Positions 1 through 7,347 are shown, counted from the stretch's first letter. The stretch is 7,543 nt of DNA from Amoeboradix gromovi X-113 (GCA_018985225.1 JADGIF010000501.1:1-7543); one strand, 5' to 3'. Numbers and translations are program-made. The notes: generated from the letters alone by a model not told the origin.

Positions 1-149
1 GTACAGAATATTTATTTTGAAATTTCGATACAAAAAGTTATTTATTTTCCTTTCATACTCATCAACTCCTCAACTAGCTGAGTGTCCACTCGCCTGTAAG
101 TCCATAAAATTAATAAAGCTGAAATAATGTTCCAAGTTGCTTCAGAAAG

Positions 150-176
150 TTAGTCTACTTTTTATATTTGATGTCC
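150..176. repeat. Left arm of a long-range inverted repeat (partner 7321..7347)
   Basis: TTAGTCTACTTTTTATATTTGATGTCC. Its reverse complement GGACATCAAATATAAAAAGTAGACTAA matches 7321..7347 at 25/27 positions without gaps. Confidence 0.75.
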
Positions 177-334
177 CATATGCTTGACACATGTAACCCT
201 CAACTTATTTCGACTCGCTCAGTGGAAGCGTGAGGAACCACTTTAGAGGATGGACTAGCATTGTTAGGATTTCTGGGTAAATTCTCAACTTTCTCGTAAA
301 TCAAGATTTTTAATTAGGAGTCTTACGAGATAGA

Positions 335-341
335 TTACCCC
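335..341. promoter_or_regulatory. Putative promoter-proximal element TTACCCC (GGGGTAA on the - strand) upstream of the aminotransferase start
   Basis: Ends 17 nt before ATG 359. The same 7-mer lies in the opposite orientation just upstream of the Lon start codon. Confidence 0.4.
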
Positions 342-358
342 TCCGTGTTTCTATATAA

Positions 359-1652
359 ATGTCTCACTTTCAGAGTGTAGATTTATTACCACCAGACGCA
401 TTCTTTGAATTAACAGATAAATACCTAAAAGACAGTAATGAGCAGAAGATAAATGTTGGAGTGGGTGTATATAGAACTAATGAGGGAAAGCCGCATGTAT
501 TGAGTGTAGTTCGAAAAGCGGAAAAAATAATTATGGAAAATAACGAGGACCATGAATATCTTCCAATAGCAGGATACCCTCAATTTAGGAAACTAGCACT
601 GCAGTTGGTAGTAGGCAACCACGAGAATGAGCGTTTCGCAACTGTTCAATGTATTTCAGGAACTGGAGCTTTACGAGTTGGAGCTGAGTTCATTAAAAAT
701 AACTATCCAACGTCCAAAGTGTATATTAGTAACCCTACTTGGCCAAATCATCGGCACATATTTGAATCAGCAAATCTCAAAGTTGAAGAGTATCGGTACT
801 ACGACCCAGTTGCTCGAAGTGTATCGTTTGAGGCATACAAACAAGATTTATTGAACGCACCATCGGGGTCGGTATTTGTTTTGCACGCCTGTGCGCATAA
901 TCCGTAATTTATTAAATTAATGTAGGACTGGAACTGACTTGACTCAAGACCAGTGGATAGATATCGCGGGCTCTGTTATTCAGAGGAACCACATTGTGTT
1001 TTTTGATAACGCGTACCAAGGGTTTGCATCTGGTGATTTAGTAAAAGACGCCTGGGCAATAAGATACTTCACAAATGTTTTAAAGCTGGATTGCTTGGTT
1101 GCTACTTCTTTCAGCAAGAGCTTCGGTCTGTACTCTGAAAGAATTGGATCTTTGATTGCATCTTGTCCAAACGAACAGATAGCTAACTCTGTCACCTCTC
1201 AATTTAGCAAAATCATCCGATCTATGAACTCTAATAGTCCTGCGTTTGGCGCTAGAATAGTATCTATTATATTAGGTGACGGGAAGCTTTTTGAAGAATG
1301 GCAACAAGAACTACACATGATGTCGAGGCGAATTACAGAAATGAGACTGGGATTACATCAAAGACTGGTAAACCTTAAAACACCTGGCAATTGGGATCAT
1401 ATTATCTCTCAAATAGGCATGTTTTCTTTTACAGGGCTCTCTGAGAGTCAGGTCCAGGTATTGAGATCCAAGTATCATATTTATATGATTGATAATGGTC
1501 GAATTAGTATGTGCGGGCTTACTTCTTCAAACTTGGACTATTTTTGTAATTGCATAAATGCCGTTGTACGAATTGATAGCAAAGTTTTGCAGAAACCAAC
1601 AGATGAAATTTTAAAATCTGTCTCGACAATTGAATTGCAGGAAAACCGATAG
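359..1652 (+). CDS. AAT2: Aspartate aminotransferase, cytosolic type (AAT2/GOT1-like, PLP fold type I); join(359..903,926..1652), 423 aa
   Basis: The translation has the AspAT family motifs PPD, GVGVYR..GKP.VL, EYLPIAG, SGTGALRVGAEF, NPTWPNH, HACAHNP|TGTDLTQDQW (across the splice), FFDNAYQGFASG, SFSK(PLP Lys at 1116-1118)SFGLYSERIG, QIGMFSFTGL and GRIS. ATG 359 is directly preceded by an in-frame TAA (356-358), so there is no N-terminal presequence. The start LLPPDAFF resembles fungal cytosolic Aat2. Exons of 545+727 nt = 1272 nt = 423 codons plus TAG. Confidence 0.95.
904..925 (+). other. Ultra-short (22 nt) spliceosomal GT-AG intron, phase 2, in the aspartate aminotransferase gene
   Basis: Sequence GTAATTTATTAAATTAATGTAG. 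Removing it joins CC(902-903) to G(926) = CCG Pro, followed by ACT GGA ACT GAC TTG ACT CAA GAC CAG TGG (TGTDLTQDQW). This restores the conserved HNPTGxD motif with no residue gained or lost. It contains an in-frame TAA (905-907), is 19/22 A+T, and has a branch-like TTAAT at 917-921. Confidence 0.93.
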
Positions 1653-3532
1653 TATATGTTAGTAAATTGATTTTTGAGAACGCGGCCATGTGACTTTTTG
1701 GAGTCAATAGTTAGTCCCAAGGACAGTAAACACAGGGTATTGTACCCACTTCTGTTTTGAGTAGCTCACCGAGGGTCTTAAAACTATTCCTATATAAAAG
1801 AGAATTGCTATTGTTAAGTTGCTGTGCTTGATCATATTTTATCCGAATGGAAAGACGTCTAAAGTTTAACAACGAATAACACTTAATTGGAAGATAAACT
1901 TTTATATCATATGAAATTGTTGTGCATGTAAATTATCTTACTCTTGCAGCACATATTGTGACAGAAGTTAAAACTTAGTGTAATGATTATGAGATTTGTA
2001 ATTTGTTAGTAGTGCTACAGTTGTCTTTCAAACTCTACAAGTAGGACTAAATTTCGGAAAATGTCCCAAGTCTAGGTCGGAGGGCCTCCAGGAGATACTT
2101 TTCAGTCTCGTGATACGCCATTAAGCCAATTAAATATGAAAAATACACTGGCAATATCTCTTTCAAGCACCTTGGCTGATTAGCACTTGAGAATATGTTG
2201 CACATCTCGACCGATAACCATTTTCATATTCTGTCTTGATGTTTGTAATTTCGTCTTGCTCACAAAAAAGGCGGGATCTACATGTCTTTCTTTCATCTGT
2301 CATCTTCGCAGTACATCCCTTCTTATTCCTGATATACTTTCGTATCTGGTGACTTGAAGTTGTCGGATTCTTAGTGTGGTTTCTTGGGTTTCCACCCACT
2401 TGGAAATGAGGATATGTTGTCAGAATGGGTCTCATATATCTCCTAGCTCATATTTAAAATCCACTAGCCGGTAACAAACACACCGATAAAGGTAGCTTTT
2501 TAATAAACAAAATTTTGAAAAAGCAACTTCGTAGGAGAACGCATCCATTTCTATGCAACCTAAGACTGAAATGTCTGCCAGGTTGACTTTTACCCATCAG
2601 ATTATGAGACACGTATTTGCAAAAGAATGGCAGGAGTTGAAAGCAGTGATCGATTCTAACTGAATAAAACATTTATCGGGTGACATAATATTTGTCTCTC
2701 CACTAGCCCTTTTCAAGATACCGTTTATAAATAAAGATGAGCTGCAATAAAAGAGATACTGGGCAGCTTGACAAAATCTGTTAAAACTTCAACACACACA
2801 GGACTTTGTGTTCATTTAATAACTTGATTGTCCTTACCACATGGGCTCTGCTGTGCCAGTAGTAGTTCCGGCTGAAGTGCTGGTTAGAGTAAAAGCTCGG
2901 CATTTCTTTTTCTCATCTATAAGACAAATACCCCACAGCCGGAATTTTTCAAGGCAAAAGATATCACCGAGAGATGAATAATGCACTGCTTCAAAGGAAC
3001 TTTCTTATGGCTCTCCATGCTAGGAAAAGGACTATATAACTACGACAAGGCTGTACATTGGCGAAATGAAATAAGCGCTTAATAGTCAAAGCTAAAAATG
3101 GTGTGGCACTCTAAGAGAGCAATTCGGAGACACATACATGTACATACTATCATTTTAAATGTATGCATCACTATTCCGTCCTTCCTGAGGTTATTGGAGC
3201 TGTGAGCAGCCAGTGTAATGTAACGACTAGAATTGTTAGTTCATCATTGCAAACTCTAGTTTTCTAGCAAGTTGGGAGACGCAATGAAGATTTTTGGTAT
3301 TATATTAAAAACATAATGAGACGAAAGTAATTTAAAGCTACTGCCATGTAATTCGGTACATTCTCCTTCGAGACGAGTCCGATAATGGGGCAAGACGATT
3401 GAATCTGAGACATCTCCATATATTGAGAGTTGATTAAATGGAACACACAGCGATCAAATCTCAAGTTAACTGCTATTTTCTTATTCAAGTATTGGATCTG
3501 GCTTTTTTCTTCTAAATCAAAATAATCCTAAC

Positions 3533-3539
3533 GGGGTAA
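3533..3539. promoter_or_regulatory. Putative promoter-proximal element GGGGTAA upstream of the Lon start
   Basis: Ends 10 nt before ATG 3550 (context CGGGGTAAA). Reverse complement of the motif at 335..341. Confidence 0.4.
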
Positions 3540-3549
3540 ATCATCAAAC

Positions 3550-5901
3550 ATGTTGCCTACTAAAATATTGAAGCATACTCCATACATATCGTTCAAGGTA
3601 AACAGGCCAATATATCCATTCACTCAATCTAAAGTAATATTCAATGACGATATCAATTTATCTAAAGTTGCTTTATTTTTAGACAAATCTCAGTCCGAGT
3701 CAAAACCAGTGAAATCGTTTCAAAAGGACGAAGTCCATCCTATCGGTGTAATATACGATATACACAACGAACAGGCCCTCAATAGAGTTGAACTAAAAGA
3801 GTGTTTCTCAACAGCTCATCGAAGTCGATCTTATGAACCTCTTCGTCAATCTAAAATCAACTCTCCTCTTGATTATTATAGGCTATTTAACGGTACTTTA
3901 ACACTATGTGACCCCATTATTCCATCTCTTCATAATGACCGCAGTTTCATTCATATACTTAACACTTTATTTCATACGCCTTATCGTCATTTAATCGGCC
4001 AATTTTATCATCCAAACTGTTTCGCAAATTATGAGCTATTTTTAACATTTATTGGAAACTTACTAAAGAATGACTCTACTACTCATCCTCTTATGTATCT
4101 GAATGAAAAAGAAGGTTTAGACTTCATTATCAACCATGTTGCCCAATTAGAACGCAGTAGCGATTCCAAGTCACTTACTCAACCCTCAAATTCAACCTCT
4201 GTTACTCAAATCCCACAAATTGATAATAAATATCCGCCGCACATAAGTGACATCATTTCTAAAGAACAGGCCAAGTTAAATCAACTGGAACCTCACCACA
4301 GCGAATATCATCTTACGAAACAATATTTATCTATTTTAAAGTCTATTCCTTTCACTAATTTTACACAGACTCCTATAAAACTGAAAAAAATCAAGTCCTC
4401 TTTAAATACTCATTATGGCTTATCCACTGTTAAAAAACAGATACTAAACTACGCTTCTTTGCTCAAATATACCAGTAACAAATCTAATATTTTACTGTTA
4501 GTGGGACCGCCAGGCACTGGTAAAACATCCATCGTCACTAGCATCAGCAAAGCGTTAAATCGTCCTTTGTTTCGCATCCCTTTGGGCGGATTGCATGATG
4601 CAAGTGAGCTGAAGGGACACAGGCGTACATACATTGGTAGTATGCCTGGCAAGCTAGTCAATTCCCTCATCAGATCTAAGTGCATGGACCCAGTTATTTT
4701 GCTAGATGAGATTGATAAACTGGGATCACACTTCAATAATATGAATACTAGTAGTGTACTGCTAGAAGCTTTGGATCCTGAACAGCATTCTGAGTTCATG
4801 GACCATTACATCGATGCCCCGATTGATTTAAGTCATTGCATGTTTATAGCCACAGCTAATACCACAGACACTATTCCAACGCCTTTATTAGACCGGTGCA
4901 CAGTTATTGAGATATCAGGGTACACTATAAATGACAAAATTAAAATGACTAAGGAATTGTTAATTTCAAAAATCAATAAACAGTATAGGCTGGAAATAAC
5001 AATGCCGGATAGTGTCATTGAACTGCTTATCAAGGAATATTGTAGAGAGGCTGGAGTACGTCAATTATGGAAGTCTCTGGAGAAGATCGGACAAGAATAC
5101 ATCAGAGAAGTGACCTTGAGTAAGGAAGAGAGCGAATCATCTACCACAGCACCTGCTAGTAGTTCTATCGTAGTGCCCCCATCGCTTTCACCTCCGAAAC
5201 TTACATTGCCCGTTGAGTATCCGCCAATAACCATCGATGAATCATTGTTGGCCAAATATCTTGGCATTCCAAAGTACAATGAACAGAGATATGAATACTT
5301 AGTACCAGGTGTAGTTATGGGGCTAGCTTGGACTAGCTTGGGGGGATCTACTCTGTACATTGAGAGTATTATGGAGCCCATGTCAAGTAGCCACAAAAAC
5401 GGTGGGTTACAAATAACAGGCCATTTAAAACAAGTAATGAAGGAATCGGCTAGTATAGCATACACTTACGCTAAACACGTTCTACGCAAGTACCCTGAGA
5501 ATGAAATATTTAAAAATAAAATTCATCTGCATGTACCAGAGGGAGGAACCCCCAAGGATGGCCCAAGTGCGGGTATAACTATGTGCACAAGTATATTATC
5601 ATTAGTTCTGAACAAGAGTATACCAGTAGACTATGCGATGACAGGCGAATTAACTTTGAGTGGAAAGGTGCTAAGGATTGGGGGATTATTGGAAAAGGTT
5701 ATCAGTGCTAAACGCCAACTAGTTAAAAATGTGATATTCCCACGAGACAATATGGCAGAATGGATGGATATTGAGAAAGGCATACGAGAAGGAATGGTAG
5801 GAATACCTGTGGATTATTACAGCGATGTAATATCGATATTGTTTCCTCAGCTGAACAAACATGAGATGGTTCATCAAGATATTAAACAACTAAATAAATA
5901 A
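3550..5901 (+). CDS. PIM1: ATP-dependent Lon protease, mitochondrial type (PIM1/LONP1-like; LonA, peptidase S16), 783 aa
   Basis: Walker A GPPGTGKT (4504-4527), pore loop GHRRTYIG, Walker B ILLDE (4696-4710), LLEALDPEQ, sensor-1 TAN, Arg finger LLDR and YCREAGVR. Protease domain GVVMGLAWTSLGG, MKESA, HLHVPEGGTPKDGPSAG with catalytic Ser673 (5566-5568) and Lys716 (5695-5697) at the canonical 43-residue spacing. The YCRExGVR and HVPEG forms match eukaryotic mitochondrial Lon. The C-terminus (QLNK) has no PTS1, which argues against peroxisomal Lon. In-frame TAA upstream at 3529-3531. Confidence 0.93.
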   Translation: MLPTKILKHTPYISFKVNRPIYPFTQSKVIFNDDINLSKVALFLDKSQSESKPVKSFQKDEVHPIGVIYDIHNEQALNRVELKECFSTAHRSRSYEPLRQSKINSPLDYYRLFNGTLTLCDPIIPSLHNDRSFIHILNTLFHTPYRHLIGQFYHPNCFANYELFLTFIGNLLKNDSTTHPLMYLNEKEGLDFIINHVAQLERSSDSKSLTQPSNSTSVTQIPQIDNKYPPHISDIISKEQAKLNQLEPHHSEYHLTKQYLSILKSIPFTNFTQTPIKLKKIKSSLNTHYGLSTVKKQILNYASLLKYTSNKSNILLLVGPPGTGKTSIVTSISKALNRPLFRIPLGGLHDASELKGHRRTYIGSMPGKLVNSLIRSKCMDPVILLDEIDKLGSHFNNMNTSSVLLEALDPEQHSEFMDHYIDAPIDLSHCMFIATANTTDTIPTPLLDRCTVIEISGYTINDKIKMTKELLISKINKQYRLEITMPDSVIELLIKEYCREAGVRQLWKSLEKIGQEYIREVTLSKEESESSTTAPASSSIVVPPSLSPPKLTLPVEYPPITIDESLLAKYLGIPKYNEQRYEYLVPGVVMGLAWTSLGGSTLYIESIMEPMSSSHKNGGLQITGHLKQVMKESASIAYTYAKHVLRKYPENEIFKNKIHLHVPEGGTPKDGPSAGITMCTSILSLVLNKSIPVDYAMTGELTLSGKVLRIGGLLEKVISAKRQLVKNVIFPRDNMAEWMDIEKGIREGMVGIPVDYYSDVISILFPQLNKHEMVHQDIKQLNK

Positions 5902-5902
5902 A
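5893..5902 (+). terminator. Candidate polyadenylation signal: tandem AATAAA at and across the Lon stop codon
   Basis: AATAAATAAA gives AATAAA at 5893-5898 and at 5897-5902. The second overlaps TAA 5899-5901. The AT-rich background weakens the inference. Confidence 0.35.
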
Positions 5903-7320
5903 TATTTAAAATAAGTTGAAAATTTAACAACACAGTTGTGTTCTACTACTTTGTCGGTGTCAAAGGCACAACTATCTTTTTGATTTTAATATCGTGGCGT
6001 AATTAGAATATTCTTATCCAGGTTTAATCAACATTTACATCGTGTTAACATTGTGAAGATATTTCAAATTTACGAATTCTAGTGCTTGCATGAATTCATC
6101 TTTACAATATATTGCGTTTAAGTTCTAGAGTATTAAAAACTGCATGCCAATTATGAAGATTATCTTAAATTCTCATTTATTCTGCTACGGTACATATCCT
6201 AGACATTTGCACAGAGCTATGTCTTCAGATTCTTTCCCAGCTGCTAGGTACTTAGAGAGCAATGGTTGTTCCCCAGGTGGGCAATAAGGCTTCACCTCGG
6301 AATAGTTAGTAAAACTAAAAAACAGATGAGATCTGCGATGATTAGGTTGTTCATATTCTTTTTTGCATTACAGTACCCGTAATAGGCTCTAAAATTTTCG
6401 AGGACTTTAATTTCCTATTGCCGTGAAGTCCGTTTGAATAATCGTTCCATTAAATTAACTTAAAATCTATTACAACATCGAATGAATGACTCGTACGAAT
6501 TAATAAGCTTTTAATAATCATTTATGGATAAGAAACAGTCAAGCAGAAATGTCCCATAGTTCGTCCCTATGTTCAGAGCGACAACTCATTGTTGCCGACC
6601 CCTCTTCATTGCCAGTAGGATTGCTTACCATTTCTTAGTATAGGGTATATTGTTGGAACACGCAGACAGGTCCACAGCCAACCGCAGTACTTAAACTTTG
6701 GATACTTCTATGGTATACCTGTTGTATTTACGACGGCGATCAGCACGGCAATTACGTTCCGTAATGCTTTTAGTTATCATTTTCTTTTATATTAGGAGCA
6801 AATAGGTTTTTATTAACCAAATCCGCCTTGCAGAGTTTTAGAGTGTTAGTAATGACTTTAGTATAGTTGCAATAATCTGATGAGAATTTCCTATCGAAGT
6901 TTTTTGTACTCTATATGGTAAAATAGGGCTTGAGAGACGCAAAAAGTGATGTAAGCGCTAAGCAGCTATAGAAAGTCACAAGATGAAAGTTTACTATCAA
7001 CATTAATGTTGGTATTCGCGACAAAAATTCCTATACCCTTACTATCTGTGCGTCACATCAGCGGAGCATATCTACTCTATCCTACTAGTCCAAAGCTGCA
7101 TCTGGAATATTCTCACGTTAATGTTTCGGCAATTTTAGCAAGAAATATGTTATGCAGGAAAATCTAAAAAAAGATAACCAGAGACCAATTTAGAAGAAAC
7201 CTTTAGAGTCACTTGCTATGACAGAGTGATTGTATATGAAGTAAGTGTATGGATTTGTAAAAATTTTAGATTCTGTGTCATGTCTCAAGTACACCTTTTT
7301 ACGTATTCTCACATTCACTT

Positions 7321-7347
7321 GGACACCAAATATAAAAACTAGACTAA
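7321..7347. repeat. Right arm of a long-range inverted repeat (partner 150..176)
   Basis: GGACACCAAATATAAAAACTAGACTAA, 25/27 identical to the reverse complement of 150..176. Confidence 0.75.

Noticed and set aside
359-1652. Two separate genes, a split or frameshifted pseudogene, or programmed frameshift/read-through for the aminotransferase
   Set aside because: A canonical GT-AG excision restores the motif exactly. The TTG 'start' at 939 is simply Leu187.
627-1720. ORFs 627..854(+), 980..1195(-), 1519..1707(-) and 1538..1720(-)
   Set aside because: Alternative-frame or antisense shadows of the aminotransferase CDS with no recognisable motifs.
1691-1768. Three small hairpins (TGACT/AGTCA, GGGTA/TACCC, TGAG/CTCA) suggesting a tRNA-like or other ncRNA
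   Set aside because: Stems are only 4-6 bp, with no acceptor stem or T-loop (GTTCRA) consensus.
2028-2094. Possible third, decayed copy of the flanking repeat (AAGTAGGACTAA...GGAGGGCCTCCAGGAG vs TAGACTAA...GGAGGTGCTCCATACGGAG at 7340-7378)
   Set aside because: Only short patchy matches with different spacing, not distinguishable from chance by eye.
2163-2672. Minus-strand ORFs of 90 aa and 72 aa as a possible two-exon gene
   Set aside because: No recognisable domain, and I did not identify a convincing splice joining them. Cannot be fully excluded without expression data.
2841-3082. Two small + strand ORFs (46 aa and 33 aa) coupled by a TAATG overlap
   Set aside because: Short, with no motifs. 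Stop-start coupling is not expected in a nuclear locus and is compatible with chance.
2807-3447. Gapped inverted similarity between TGTGTTCATTTAATAACT (2807-2824) and 3428-3447
   Set aside because: Needs two gaps in 20 AT-rich bases, which is too weak.
3300-3488. 62-aa minus-strand ORF divergent from Lon
   Set aside because: Starts at TTG rather than ATG in a eukaryotic context, and has no recognisable homology.
4449-5465. Antisense ORFs 4449..4799, 4833..5033 and 5061..5465
   Set aside because: Fully antisense to the conserved Lon CDS, as expected for shadow ORFs.
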